From assembly GCA_015680685.1 (NCBI GenBank), contig MNCI01000520.1, forward strand, positions 164,301-228,300: 64,000 nucleotides of DNA. The letters are read 5' to 3'. The translations under genes and the position numbers were made by a program. The notes beneath the pieces are model-generated. The model had not been told where the DNA came from, did not search any database, and saw nothing but the letters and a program-made list of their open reading frames with translations. Below are positions 1 through 14,597 of the stretch, piece after piece. This DNA is from Gnetum montanum. Its lineage: Eukaryota; Plantae; Gnetophyta. Position 1 is the stretch's first letter, and every line of letters begins with the position of its first letter.

Positions 1-2950
1 CATCATGAAAATAAGGATTAGATGGAGGTGCCATCTATTGTTGCATTGGAGTTAGGAGATTCCATGGAGCAACATCCCCAAGATTTAGAGATACTACATG
101 TCCTATAGACAGGTACCACTACAATAGTACAAATGACTAGGATTTGTAGTCCTGCTTGTTTACCTTTTGATGAATTTGGGATTCAAAGTTTTTCTAGATC
201 ATCCGATCTCACGAATCATATAATCCATGACTAAGCAACATTTTAAATCATAAGAGTCTACATAGTATTCATAAGCATCCTAATCATTGGAGTATAAGGA
301 ATCCTTATTTGAATCTTATTAAATGCTCTTAGAATGAGAGAAATTCCCTTTATTCTTGTAATCATACCTCTTTCAACATTCATGTGGTACAACTACTTTA
401 ATCACACCTTTAACAACCTTACCTGTAATATCCTTGAGAGTGATGAACATCTTTTTATTCATCATGTCCCAAACTTCATCCACACAGTGAAGTAAGTTTA
501 TCAAGGCTATATTCATTCTTACCTAATCTTGCACTAGGGCCTCAACTACAATGGAAGGTTTAGTAGTATCTTTAATGTTTTTAGTCTCTCATCTGCATGC
601 TAGGTTATGATTGTACTTCTTAGTTAACTATCGCTTTTGCGACTCACATTCCATGCTTGCAATGGTATTTAAGAGCACTTTGATTTAGGCCATAGAATTT
701 TTGTAAATATAGCCCATTGTATACATGTCCATATACTCTCTTGTATCCTACCTTATCCCTTCTATGATATGTATTAATTGCTCTATTTGACTAAAATCAT
801 GGCTTGGACAGTGATGAGTAGTTTTCATGTATCTCTCCATGGTGATGTTAAGAGGTTCATGGGATCTTTGCCTCCATCCATCCATCTTCTTCTAGATGCT
901 TGAAATTCAGGCCTAGATCTAAAGTTTTGTATAGAAGATTCTAACCATATCTAACCATCTCTAAATTCATCTAAGGGCAAAGATTTGTACTAGGTTTCTA
1001 CATTCTCAATGAAGATATGGGGAAACAACTGCAACTTCTTCCAATCACTCACAATGCCTTGAAGATAGCAAGAATTATCAAAGGTTTGCACATGAAGTTG
1101 GGGATCATCATTGTTATACCCTCTATATGTTGATACATCGGCCATGTTGATCCATTTAATTCTACTATCCTAAACATACTTTTTTGGAATGTGTACAAGT
1201 TTAGTTAACTCATGATAATCACTCTAGTTAACAAAGGTGAATCATCATCATCACTAGTAGGTCTAGACAATTGAAAATGCTAGAACTTGAAAAGAAGATC
1301 ATTATTTTGATCTTTGGCTACACATGAAGTAAAGGTACCTGATCATGGGCCTTCATGGTAGGGTGGCCCTTTATCCTTCTTGTTTGCTTTAGCTTCCTCC
1401 CCCTTATCTAAATGATCAAATGAAAACCTATGGCTAGCATTTTTTCTACCATTTTATCTTGAAGATATTTCATGTACAAAGTATCATAATCATCAAACAT
1501 AGGTTTGTGAGCTTTTTATGATGCATGTTCATCCTCTAGCCCCATGTTAATGAGGGCATCTTTGAGATCATTTGGTGTAATCATGATTGTATCCCTAGAT
1601 AACTAGTCATAAGCACCTCTTTACATTTCCTATTTATTTTGATGATAGGCTAGCACAACTAGTAGAAGGGTCTTATCCTTTGAATTCTGAAAGGTAACAA
1701 AAGCCCTTCAACTTTTTAGTGCATTACTAGAGATCTTTGGTGGACTCTTAGAATTATCTACTATCTCGTTTATCTTCACAACCTATACACACAATACTAA
1801 AAACATAGACTTGATTTAAATAAAAGTTAAAATCAGGAATGTACAATTATCTCTAGATAATTTTTCAACATCGTTCCTAGAAATAGCACCAATAATAGGG
1901 ATCTTTCTGATTTTGAACCAAAACAAGTTATTATACAAATCACAATGTGATTTGGTCCCAAACTTTCAGGATAATGTTAAGTGGATTACCAAGAACACTC
2001 ATGTATATTTTTGCATTCAAGAAATATAAAAGAAAATATAAAACATATAGTATAGTTAGAAACCCATGTTGCCACTATTGTATCTACTTTGGCCTTTTTT
2101 TTTTTAATAATTTAGAGTCATGGGTACATTCTATGGCTTTCTTTACTTAAAGTCATCTTTAGCAGTCTAGATTTAAAGTTTTACATCATCTGTAATGTAG
2201 TTTCTAGATCTCCATCTTTAGCTTTTCAAAAATGATGTTTTGCATCATTTTTAAATCATCATTTGTGACCTTCAATTTTCATGTCCAATGTTAGCTTCAA
2301 CATTGGTTTTGCCTCCAAATTTTGACATTCCACATCATATCTTTTTTTGATGTCTGATGTCAAATCTTAATTTTGTAATATATCAGCTCTTTGATGTATA
2401 ACGTCAATCTTGCATTTAACATCCAACATCAATCTTCATATCTACATGTTAATTCTCCTATTCAAAAGCTCCTAGAACCTTTTAAAATATTCTATGAGTC
2501 CTAATGCATCATTTCTACATGATCTACAAGGCATTTTCAACCTATAGATAGGAGGATATGCCTAAAATAAAATGGATTGGCCTTTCAAATATTTTAATTG
2601 GAATTTTACTTCATTATGCTTTTAGAGATCTGCTTAGCATTTGCAATCATCTCTTCTACTTAGCACAATTAGCATTCTTTGTGATTGGAGATTTGAAAAT
2701 ATCTTCCCAAAGACACTACCTTTCTACAAAATAACTATCCTCTTTTTCAATCTCCTCATTTCATTATTGATGCATTGAATCCCCTTCATGTTGTCCTTTT
2801 GACACATGGGTAAATCACTCAATATTAGGTCAATGCACTAATTTGATCCTTGCCCCTACTTCATTAGCTGCTGATTCTACTATTTTTCCCACTAGATTTA
2901 CATTGGGTACATGCATCAAAGAAAGAATGGAGTAAAAAAAGTCCTCATTA
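1..2950 (-). mobile_element. Old, decayed Athila-like Ty3/gypsy element: 5' LTR, PBS and gag, truncated by the window start
   Basis: Minus-strand translation near 1020-1140 reads DVSTYRGYNNDDPQLHVQTFDNSCYLQGIVSDWKKLQLFP, which aligns with element A gag (GGYNADP.HHLQAFHDACALKNIDNEWQKLKLFP). There is a degenerate tRNA-Asp-type PBS (TGGTGCTATTTCTAGGAA on -) at about 1874-1891. The putative LTR is about 1893-2950 (TAATAGGG...CCTCATTA); its boundaries are approximate. Confidence 0.65.
440..1150 (-). pseudogene. gag: Retrotransposon gag remnant
   Basis: Motifs homologous to element A/B gag (DP.HVQTF, WKKLQLFP, VDEVWD), with stops and frameshifts. Confidence 0.65.
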
Positions 2951-4965
2951 GATGTCTATAATCCCTAGCACATGTTCTAGAACATGCTTTTACAAGTTGT
3001 TAATCTTTTCTTTCTGTTGTAATCTAGATTTTTGCCTTCAGGCTTTCTATCTTTAGTATAATCCATATTTGCTACAAATGTTATTTCTATTTTATTATGT
3101 TTCTCTTGGTCAATGCTTTAAAAAATTAGGCCTATTTTTTACTTTACGTCTCATTTTTAACTACTCATATTTTCCAACCAAACACTACATTTTCATCTTG
3201 TATAGATTCGTATATGATCTTTGCTTATTTTCAAATGGCTACTCCATGTATGAAATTTTTATTTTTCTCTTAATTTACTAATGTTTGACTTAGATTATTA
3301 TATTTTTTCCATGATCTACAAGTTTCCTTTTGATTTGATAGAAATTACTTGGAAGTTTATCTTTCCTAGACCGTTTGGTGGCTAGGAGATTATTTAGCCC
3401 AATTTTCTGTTAGGTTGTATCATATTCAATTATTATGATAATTTTTACCATAACAACCATGGTGAGAAATAGTGAAAATATTTATAATTTTCATGGATTT
3501 TATAATTATATAAAAAAAGATAATAATAAACACACATGCATTACAATCCCTATTGGAAACAAGTGTAATGGTCATTGCAATCCCTCTTAGAGACAACTGT
3601 AATACCACATACGAAATGCAAATAAAATGGCTCTTAGTCACAACCTCGATGGTCTAACACTGTGCCATATAGTGATGATTTCTTTGGATAAGGATGAAAC
3701 ATTGCAACTTATGAAAGTAAGAGTTTAATAAATATTTTTATGGTTTTAAAATTTTATACATGTTTTTGATATTTTAATGTTTAAGATATCAATGGTAAAA
3801 TGAGGGAAAATCTTAAGCTTTATTTAACACAAAAAAATTAAAATTTATATTGATCAAATGATTTTGGGCTACAAAAGCATGGTAATACTTTGATAGAGTC
3901 TAGATGCACTTGTGAAAATGATTACTTAAAACACATACAAAATAGAAAATGAATCAACTTATCCAAGGGAGGAAGAGCTATTGACATGAAATTGGATGTT
4001 AAAATCTAAATACAAATTGCTTGAAATTAAATTATTAAGTGTGAGAGCTCATCCTAAGTATTTATAGTGTTTGCATGACAATGTAAGGGGTACACGGATG
4101 CTTGGGCACTAACAAAGACTCATTGATGCAACCTAAACTAATCCTAGGTGCACACAGAGCAAGATGAAGGAAATCAAGCTTGCTAGGGGAGGTGCACTAG
4201 CACTCCAACACTGATGCAAGGGGTGTGCTGATGTAAGGTAGTCAATGTACCTTCCCCTCTTCCAAATTACACTTTACTCTTTCCAAATGAAGCTAAAACT
4301 CAAGGAAGAATGCTAGAAGGGTTTTAGGACATCCAAATGAAGTTGGAATCATCCTAGAGAACTTGAAATTATGCATACGATCTCAAAGTATAACCTAGGG
4401 AAAAGGGTATATCTCAAAGAACTAAGAACTACTAAAGAATACACTAGACCATAAACATGGACACATGAAACACTTCATGAATCTAGGGCTTACAATTAAC
4501 TTACAAAATACCATTGGATAACACATCCACTATTAATAGTATCTGATGATAGTATTCATTTTCTAATTAAATGTTGTATGAAAAGTAGGTAATTACATGT
4601 TGAGTATCATTCCTTTCCCCTTAAAAAAATATGTGTTGTAGTCCTCAAATAAGGCTCTATTATTCATTTCAAGTTTTTTCATTCTACAATTATGTGGCAA
4701 TTAAAAAGCTAATGGATAAAACAAATAGTATGATCCATGCATCTCATTCCTTAGTTGAATTATGTATAAATAATACTTAAAAATATTATCTTCTAATTGA
4801 TTATTTGATTAGAGACTTGCTAAGTTCTCTTCTTTAATAACTTCATCACCAACATATAACATATCTAAGTGAAAAAATTTTGTGGAAATTACTTTCTTAA
4901 CAATTGTGTGCTTATTCTCGCCAAAAATATTACACCTTTCATCCACCCCTCTTATTGTAGCTAGA

Positions 4966-5805
4966 TGTTAGAGTATACTTCTAAGTTAAGATAAAATCTT
5001 TAGTTTCTTAACTTAATTCATTGGTAGTTATGAATAGTCATGATGGTTCAGTAAAGAGTTAGAGCTCCTTATGAAGGATAAAAGAACATAAGTTCTCACA
5101 TAGTAATAGATAGAACAACAATGAAAATGGAAATGAAAGAGATATGAATATGAAGGATGATGAAGAATAAAGATAAGTCCAAAAGAGATTAAGTAAGATA
5201 AATAACTAGCATTAGAATAATAGCCATAATATTTTTGGTAAGTTAGAAGAGTTTACAAATACAATGATTTGTAAGATTACGAAAGTAAAAAGTACTATAC
5301 CAAAGAAGTGAGTAGGAGCATGCAACAATGTTGGAAGATGGTACAAAACACAAAATTTGTTACAATGCATAGATTTGTAATGATCAGTCAAAAATCCAAA
5401 AGTTTAACTAGTGACTCATAAACAGAAGAAGTAAAGAAGGATCCAATTTCCTAAATAGGAAGAAAATATTTAAGATGAATCATTCATAATCTAGTCTAGA
5501 TTTCTAAAGAGAAAATGAAGACCATCCAAAATGATTATGATAGAATAAAGGGGATGACTATGAAGAAGGACAAGCTATGAATAAGGTAGTAGTCCATAAC
5601 AAGGAAAACTATAGATTGTTGAAGAAGTCCATGAGGGCCCAACCCACGTAAGACTAGCCAACTAAGAAAATTTCCAAAAGGCCTATCATAAGTAATAGGC
5701 ACAGACAAACATCATAATAATGTAGCTAAGAACAATATGTTACAAAGAAGAGGTTCATAATGAGTTAGCCAAATACCAAGAGAGATTGCTGAATATGAAA
5801 TTATA
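4966..5805 (+). repeat. 5' LTR of the small element
   Basis: Colinear similarity to 7383-8222 along its full length. Confidence 0.75.
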
Positions 5806-7382
5806 ACTTAGTATGAAATTTATGAGATTTCACAATGGATAAAAGAAAGAAGTAAGAGAAGTGGACACTGCAAAGCTTTTGTTAAGAAAGCTAAGTCCAT
5901 AAGAAAGTCACAAAGGAATATAAGATAAAAATAAATTGAATGAAGATATAGTGAAGATGACTTCTAATAATAGTGGTGAACCTATGCAAAGATCCAGAAG
6001 ACTAAGAAGATCAACATCGAGAAGATAAATCTAAAGTATCATTTATAATTGAGTCTAAAAAGGCATGTATCAAAGGAAAAAATGCTTCAGAATAATCATA
6101 AATTAAAACTATTATAATAACCATAATTATGTTAAGAGGATGTTAAACATAATTAAAACCAAAAGAGAATATAATTAATCAAGGAAGGAAATTGAGAATA
6201 ACCAAACTATTAATTTAAATATGAAAAAATTAGAGAGTATGACCTATAACCATAGGTACCAATGTGCATCATTTTTCTACTTGATAAGGTGCACATTAAG
6301 AAAGGCTTCTTAGTTGTCCAAGTTATAATTTTTTATGAATACTAAAGCATTAAGATGGGAGAATATATTGATGAGCAATTTCTCTCTAAAAATAACAAGT
6401 TTGTACCACATGTTGAATGAAATATAACAATAAGTATGATAAAAGGTGGTTGAATTTAGATTAATCATTAACATAAGGATGGGATTCCAAGAAAACTTAT
6501 CTTAAGGTTTTGATAGCTAATCTTAACACTCCAAATCATGAGTATCAAAAGATAAGTCTCAATCAATATCCCATTTTAGACCAAATTTTAGCATGAATAT
6601 CAAGGAAAAAACTTTATTTAAGAATCTATGATAGAAAAGGACAAAGGAAGAATTCTAGCTTCAACAATATAAAGAGTGAGGAGAAATGGTGAATGTCCCA
6701 CCATAAACCATAAGCACTAATCCACATGTTGAATAAGAAAAGAATAGAATACAAGATAGGAGAATTGTTCCACATTTTTCTAGAAATGGAAATGTGAAAT
6801 GATATGATCATATGTGAATGAGAATTCTCTCATTTCAAATGCTGGGTGGATCCTAGCTACAAAAAAATTTGAGAAGGTCCTCACTAAGAGTGTGGAGACC
6901 CATATCAAGGTTGTATAGACCCTTACAAGGATTGTGTAATAAGAATTAAAAGCCTCTACAAAGGGAGTTCAAACATATACATTACTTAGGACTTATTTCA
7001 TGCATATTATTGCCTCAAATTTTAAGGTAAATAGTATAGACCAAAAATTCATCATAAAAATCAATTATAAAATTTGTAAGTTTGAATTCTAAGATAAAGA
7101 GTAGCACAATAAAATATTACAAATAAAAGCATCTAATAAAGAAGGTAACCTTATCAAAAGTAAAAGGAAGAAGAGGAAATCATAACTAGGATTGTAATAT
7201 GTAGACAACGAATAATAATTCATGAAGTTATTAAGTAAGAAAGGTTAGGTTTCATGTTCTCAAATTCTCAAGTGAAGGAGAAAAAGAAAACTTGTTATTT
7301 GAAGATAGAAGGAAAATTTATGATTGCTCATTAATTTATAAACATGAAAGATTAAATCAAGACATAAATGCTTAAAGGGAAG

Positions 7383-8222
7383 TATTAGAGTATACTCCTA
7401 AGTTAAGATACAATCATTAGTTTCTTAACTTAATCCATTAGTAGTTATGAATGATCATGATTGTTTAGTGAAGAGTCACAACTCCTTACAAAGGATAAAG
7501 GAACATAAGTTCTTATCTGATAATATATTGGACAAAAATGAAAGTAGCAATGAATAAGATATGAATATGAAGGATGATGAAGGATAAAGATAATTCTAAA
7601 AAAGATCAAGTAAAATAAAGAAGTAGCATTTGAATAATAGCCACACTAATGTTGGTGAGTTAGATGAGTTTATGAACCAAAATGATTTGTAAATTATGAA
7701 GGTGAGAAGTACCACACCAAAGAACTAAGTAGGAGCATGTAATGATTTTAGAAGATGTTACAAAAAAAAAACATTTATTACAATCCATAGATTTTTAATG
7801 ACCATTAGAGAAACTGAAAGATTAACAAGTGACTCATGAATATAAGAAGTGAAGAAAAATCAAGTTTCCTAGATAGGAAGATAAGATCCAAGGTGAGCCA
7901 TTCATAATTTGTTCCAATTTTTTAAAGAGGAAGAGAAGATCATCTAAAAGGTGATGATGGAGTAAAGAGAATGACTATAAAGAGGGATAGGCTACAAAGG
8001 ATGTTGTAGTCCACAATAGGGAAACCTGTGCATTGCTAAAGGTTTTCATGAAGGCCTAGCTCATGTAAGACTGACTAATTAGAAAAATTCCAAAAAGACC
8101 TATCATGAGTAATAGGAAAAGATGACCATCATAAGAATGTAGCTAAGATGAATAAGTTATAAAGAAGAGATTTGTAATGAGTTAGCCAAATACCAAGAGA
8201 GACTACTGAATATGAAATAACA
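7383..8222 (+). repeat. 3' LTR of the small element
   Basis: Colinear similarity to 4966-5805; preceded by a purine tract. Confidence 0.75.
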
Positions 8223-11200
8223 CAATTAAAAAAGATGTTCACTTATAAATTTTTTCAATTAATAAATCATATGTTAAGTTTTCTCATAAACAGAATATCC
8301 TTATAAAATTAAGCTTTTCAAGAGACATAAAACCAAACTCTAACACTATATTTAATATCTTCTTTTATTCTTCTATAGGTAGTGTAATATCCCCCACACA
8401 AAGTTATAGATAATGTTACTTAGTAGGCAAGTAATCAATATTGCCTTAACAAGAAAATGATATATTATTTATTCATTAAAAAATATTGCTAAATATACTT
8501 ATAGTTAATTTATAATACATGATTTCCTTATTGAAATATTTTGATACTAATATGAATTTAATCATTTGTTTCTCTTCATTAAATAATAGTATATGGAATG
8601 ATTGGTATACATCTATCATCAAGAAATGGATTTACATGTTACATTGTTCAAACCAAAATATTGAATACCCTGATTGTGGGGGTTACATCATAGCACCTTC
8701 ATGCTATAATGTGATGCATGCTCTTTGTTTTGATAATGTTAACTACGTCGTCCAATAGGGCCACAGGCTAAGTAAAAATGATGACTCGTTAAATTATCTA
8801 CTATAAATTCTATCTCATAGCTCATTCATGCTATCATAGCCTAAATAGAATAGTATTTTCATTTGAAAGTAGTATGGGTATCTCATAGTTCATTTATGCT
8901 ATGATAGCCTAAATAGAACAAGTTCTATGATATAATAGTTTTTTAGATTTACTTACTTCACATTATGCGTCAACAAAGTTATCTAATTTTTAGCTAGCAT
9001 GGTTAAGATCCTATATGACTAGTGAAAATGAACATAATAATAAATGTTATTATGCATTCTTCCTTATAGCATAGTCATGATATGATAGATAACTTTGTAA
9101 CCTAACCTATCTTAATGCTATTCATCTACGAAATCATTGGCTTTTTCCATGGTGTGTGGTAGTTTCATAGGCTAAGGTGTTTAGGATTGCTATTAGCATG
9201 GAGCTATGCTTTGCTACAAGTAAAGGTAAATACTATATAGATTTTTATTATTAATTATTTATCATAGCATGATTGTGCTATGATTAAAACTTTTGTTAGG
9301 TTTCCCATCTTAAAGTTGTGCGTCTAAGAAGTTATCGATATTTCCTATAATGTGTTATAGTTATGATACACATACAAATAAGTAGAGCTACTTGAAATTT
9401 TAAATTAACTTAAAATGATAAATTCACATTTTATAAATATATTTGAAAACTATATTTATAAGACCAAATGCATGAAATTTGATTAAGATACAACATGTAA
9501 AATTTCCTTTCCACTTCATGAACAACATCCTTTCCTTTTGTGATATCCTTCACCTACATTTCAAAAAATGAAGAAAATGTCAATGATGAAAATTTAAATG
9601 GTTATGCCTCTACAATACTTACATTTAAAGGAATTTTTTAAGCCTATTTTTCTTATTTTAGTGTTTTTCATTGAATCTTTTCTCTACCACATAATGTTGA
9701 TTTTAAAATTTCCTACTCAGTTTCCTATTAAAAGAGTATACATTGAGAGTACACATTCAATCATACATACTCTTAATTCAATTATAATATTAATCTCATT
9801 ATGTGTTAATGTATCTATTTTTTCTATGATTTTCCATCATCCCCTTTCTTGACTTTTATTTTTATTTTTTAGCAGTTCATTCATATTTTTGGCTCACCAT
9901 CTTGCTAGATCATTTCATTAATTTCTTTAATCGTAGATTGTTAATATCAAAAATAGAGATAAATAAAGTCTTGTATGATCTAAACTTTTTTTCTTTGAGA
10001 TTATTGTGGACTTTTTAATAGTCATGACCATGGATTTCTTGGTTTGAATCATGTCATTCTTGGCTATTTCTTCAAAATTTCTTTGAATTTTAATTAAATT
10101 GACTACAATTTATTATCTTAATGCTCCATTAATATCTTATTTCAAAATTATGTAATGATAGTTACCTTTGATTCAAGTAGTGCATCATCTAGTTCCATCA
10201 CTATAAACTCTAACATATTAGTTAAACCAGTATCACCATGTTACCAGTTTAAGCATGTGTGAGATTTTTAACAATTAAAGGGGTTGAATGTCACTAAGCA
10301 CATGTTTAGATAATATCGTCAAAAAGAGTATATCATGTATTACTTATTTTATTCTATTCATAGTCATCTTAGAATGATATTTTAAGTTCTTACCTTCTTT
10401 GATGGAGCCTGGTTAATAATGTCATACTCTAAAAAAGTTTCTTTCCACAAGAAGTTCTCAACATCAACCTCATCATTATCTTCCACATCTTTCTTTCTCT
10501 TCTTCTACTGATTTGAAATGGTTGATAGATTATTCCTCATTACATAGTATTATATAAATAATATTAATTGTTTCATGCTATAGTACATTACCTAACATTG
10601 TTTTGCATCATGAATGTTGACCTTAATTTTTATGAATCTTGCCTATCTCTTTAATATACTACCAAGAATGTATTTTACTCTATGTTGCACATTATTAACA
10701 AGCTTTGCTAATTCTCCACCTATAATGTTATCCATATTAGGCTTTTTATCTAGTCTCCACAATAGCACAATCTCTTCATGTGTCTAAATTTATACTATTC
10801 CAAGTGATTGTATATTCTTTACCTCTTGAAAAAGGTTGTTACCATAGTATAGACATATAATGATTATGAAATAGTCATTGCCACTTTCTTATAATGAAAA
10901 TAATTCTAGTATTTTTTTGAGACTACACAATCTTTCTTTGAATTAAAAGTAAAATCTTTCATATCCTTTCACCCCATTAATGTTTTTAGAGATAGATGGC
11001 TACTTTCCCTTAACTCATTAGTATGTCTACAAAATTCATACTTTTTAGTATCATTTGAGTTATTGAAAACTATTGTACTAAAATTGAAGAAACTCAGAAG
11101 ATATATTTTCTTTTTTATATAGTAATAACTTTTTTCCATGCTTAAGCTTGTACCTTTTAGAACCTTTTTCTTCTATTTCTCATAAAAGCTATTTACTAGG

Positions 11201-11996
11201 TACTAATGATCATCCAAGATGTCTACAATCAAATTCATTTCAATTGTTTTTGTGTTCTAAATTAGCTTGAATAGTTCTTTGAATATTGGGGTTAGCTTTG
11301 TAAATTGTATGTTTTGAAAATCTAGGATATGCAAAGCAATTTTCTTACTAACATTTAAAAGATAATCTCTAGCTTTGTAGAGATACAAGCTTAAATATTT
11401 GAGTGGCTGCTAGTAAACTAAAAGTCCTTTTCAACCACCTCTAGTTCTACATCAAGGTTAATAGATGATATTTTTTGTAGATGCTAATATAGAACATATT
11501 GTGTCTTAGGGGTAAGTACCATTTTTCATTGCTTGTCTTCAAGTATTGAAAATAGGTAGTTAATAATTTCTTGATCAAGTTTGTGACATCCTATTCATGG
11601 ATGTCATGGAAAACATCAAATATATGTAACATTCAACATTATGCATAAAGAAAAATAACAGGGAAAATGTAGAATAAAAAAGAGAAGAATTCTTTATTGA
11701 TGTGAAATAGTATATATGGATCATGCTCTAAGAGTTTTCCTTGGGGTTTTCTTCCTTCAGTATCTATCCCATAGAGGCAATCTAGCACTACCACCATGGT
11801 TAGGCCTACAACTAACTAGAAGGAATGGTTAGTTGTCTTCTCGTTCTGCTTCAACCAGCTCCTATTACTAGTCTTTACTAGCTCTGTAACTCCATGCCTG
11901 CATGACCTCTATGCTCGAGTATAAATGCCTTAGCTCAAAATCCCAAAGGTGACCTTGAGAGACATGTCCATTATGACAATATGCCCTTTTGAGTCT

Positions 11997-12905
11997 TGAT
12001 GAGTGGCGAGGTACCCCTACACTCAACCATACGAAACGAGCGTAGCACGCACGATCCGGTCGAACTCCGCAGACTAAATTCCTAAACGCCACAAGGAACA
12101 CTTAGGGTTAATCGTTTGTTGTCTTCCCAAGCTTGCTTGTATGTGTCACGGTGTATGGTTAAGCAAGTATAAGGTATATGATTTTTTTGGTATTTTACAA
12201 TTTATCGCCTATGCTAAAAGGTGAAGGGTAGAGAAACTAAACTAACTCTAACTACAGCACTCAGTCCTAGCGTCAGCATCTATTCCCACTTACTATACAC
12301 ACCCTGAACTGTGCAACTGTGGCTACCAAATGCTAATCATTACTGGGATTACCACACGTAACACATGTGCTCGAAGCGGTCATACTGAGGCATCTAACTA
12401 ACCTAAGTGTGACAAGTAGCTGATTCCTTGACTAGCCATACACATCCGTAGATGCTCATAATCAAGTCGTACTTGTCCCACGTTCTAGGAGGACAAGGTG
12501 AGAGAAACTAATCACGATGAATAGCCGATTCCTTGGCTAGCCGTACACGTTCGTCAATGCTCGTAACCAAGTTGTACTCATGCCGCATCACTAGGAAAGC
12601 AGTAAATAACATTAATTAAACCTATCCATGCACTGCAAGGTTTATCCACAAAGCTCGTCTTTATTTTCGTACACAACTTGCGTTCAAGTAGAAAGCTACT
12701 CAAATAAAGAACCATTCACTTGGGGGACTCCTACTGCGGGCACATGGAAAATATTCTATCTCTGGGGTGATCAATCAGCCAGAGCTTCACTACTTTATGC
12801 CTATGATTATGAATGAGGGGAGTGCCACCTCTTATTTATAGATATGGCGGCAGACCATGATATCGTGTACGCAATATCGTGGCTTGTGCAATCCACGTCT
12901 CATCA
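11997..12905 (-). repeat. 3' LTR of element A
   Basis: Near-identical to 17903-18894; TATA-like TATAAATAAG on - at about 12831-12840. Confidence 0.93.
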
Positions 12906-12918
12906 TACCCCCATGACT
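12906..12918 (-). promoter_or_regulatory. PPT of element A (AGTCATGGGGGTA)
   Basis: Abuts the 3' LTR; the same motif is in the same position in element B (55331-55342). Confidence 0.8.
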
Positions 12919-13699
12919 GAATGAAAACTCGTCCTCGAGTTCCTTACAATGATATTAGGTAGGTATGGGATTATTAGGGGAAATGGAACTAATGGAATGA
13001 CATACGAACGGTTCATTGTTACAAGACCTGACAAGACTGGTGTTCATGACAACAAGGGTGAACACCTTATTACAATGACATCAGGCCATATTTGGTAGCT
13101 GAGAGAAAAGAGGAGAGAGAAGAGAAGAGAAGAAGAGAGAAGAGTCTTGCTGCTACCAACGCCTAGATTGTGCCTTCCGTTGCCCATCCGTAAGCGCATC
13201 ATCAATTCTGCTCCTTGCATAGCTGCTCAGCACTGCTCCATTCCAAGTGGTTGCTCCAGATCCATCCGTTGTTGTATGGTTGCCATCTGTACACACAACA
13301 CAATCATATATTAGCAAGGGTAATTGAATCATCAAGTAAATAATACCTTGCTTCAGTGTAGGTTCATTGGCTAAGTTGTGGTATGGCTAATATGGGTCTG
13401 GGAAGATGATGATGATGACTACCGAAGGTGTAGGGGTTAGGAAGATAAATGAAAAATTTCAGGGCTTAGGAGAAAAATCGAAAAATCAGGCCCCGTACCC
13501 CCATGACTAATCGTGAACCTTCGGTAGCGTTAGAATGGAGAAAGAAAAGAAGTAAGAAAGAGAGGTAAAAAGGAAAACTATGGCATTAGTGAAGTGGATG
13601 TCAAGATGGAAATGAAAAAAAATAAAATTAATTGCAAAATGTTAAGGAAAAGAAGTTAACTAATGTTCCAAATAGGACTATCAGTGGGTCCTCCCCAAA

Positions 13700-14300
13700 G
13701 TAGGCTCATGCCCTTAATGCCCTGACAAACCTACATTCAAAGAGTCCGTAGGCTCTGGGAATGCCCTTTGGAACAAGAGTTAAAGTCTTAACCATAAGAA
13801 TTTACCAAAAAGACAACAATGCATCAACCAAAATATACACTAATGATACAACCGGCAATGAGGTGAACAATGGAGAGAAGGATGGAGAAAAGAGAAATGG
13901 AATGGAATCCCAAGAACAAGGTGGTGTACAACCCCTTGTGTGTTTTATGGTTAGTGTGACTTGGCGAATCTCATTCCAACTCTGGCTCAAAACAACCACT
14001 TCCAGTGACTTCGCATCAATGCATTTGGTTAAACCATCCACGTGGATAACNGAAAGACTTCTTATTTTTATTGTCTCAGCTTCCAAATAATGGGTAACAT
14101 CAGAACGGTAAGAAAACTAAAGAAGGCAACATCCAAGCACCCAAGAGAATGACCAACACAAAAAGCATCAAGTTCCCTTGAAGTCATACCCTTTGCAATC
14201 CATGAGTCTTTCCTTAGTTTGAGAAATGCCTACTCACCGGTTCATTAAAGTTCTTATTGGAAGGGAACTGTACATTTCCAAGCCAAGAGAAACCATAGAC
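13700..14300 (-). pseudogene. Decayed extra ORF at the env-like position of element A, with hydrophobic segments
   Basis: Element-sense frames include FFVLVILLGAW and the ORF at 13802-14086 ending LFTSLPVVSLVYILVDALLSFW. It is homologous to B 53771-54520. It spans an N at 14051. Confidence 0.4.
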
Positions 14301-14597
14301 TTGATGGATGGATGGATGAAGTGATCTCATTGCCTGCCATATCAAAAGCAACATACCTTAGTATCAACAATGTAACTTAAAGGTAAAAACCAACATTAGA
14401 AATCAATATGAAAACAGTTCACACCATCGGCCTGAACACTTATTAGGTGACGAACTTACATGGTGGATGACACACACGCACACACAAAAAATAGAAAAGT
14501 ATAATGATGTTGTAAAACAAAAACAAGAAAAGTTAAAGAAAGTTGAAAAAAAAAATGTGTAAAAAAAAAACTGAAAAGAACTGAGGGCCCCATATGG

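Larger units (their letters stand above)
4966..8222 (+). mobile_element. Old small non-autonomous LTR element (about 840-bp LTRs, about 1.6-kb decayed interior)
   Basis: Direct repeats at 4966-~5805 and 7383-~8222 begin TGTTAGAGTATACT and TATTAGAGTATACT. A purine tract AAAGGGAAG lies just before the second copy, and a very degenerate PBS-like TAGTATGAAA follows the first. No TSD or pol motifs were recognised. Confidence 0.7.

Noticed and set aside
3000-4960. Possible further LTR or TE fragment (TATA-like signal near 4060 on -)
   Set aside because: No partner repeat, PBS, PPT or TSD could be identified.
11868-12816. ORFs repeated at 11868/17807 and 12628/18535
   Set aside because: They recur only because they lie in the two LTRs of element A.
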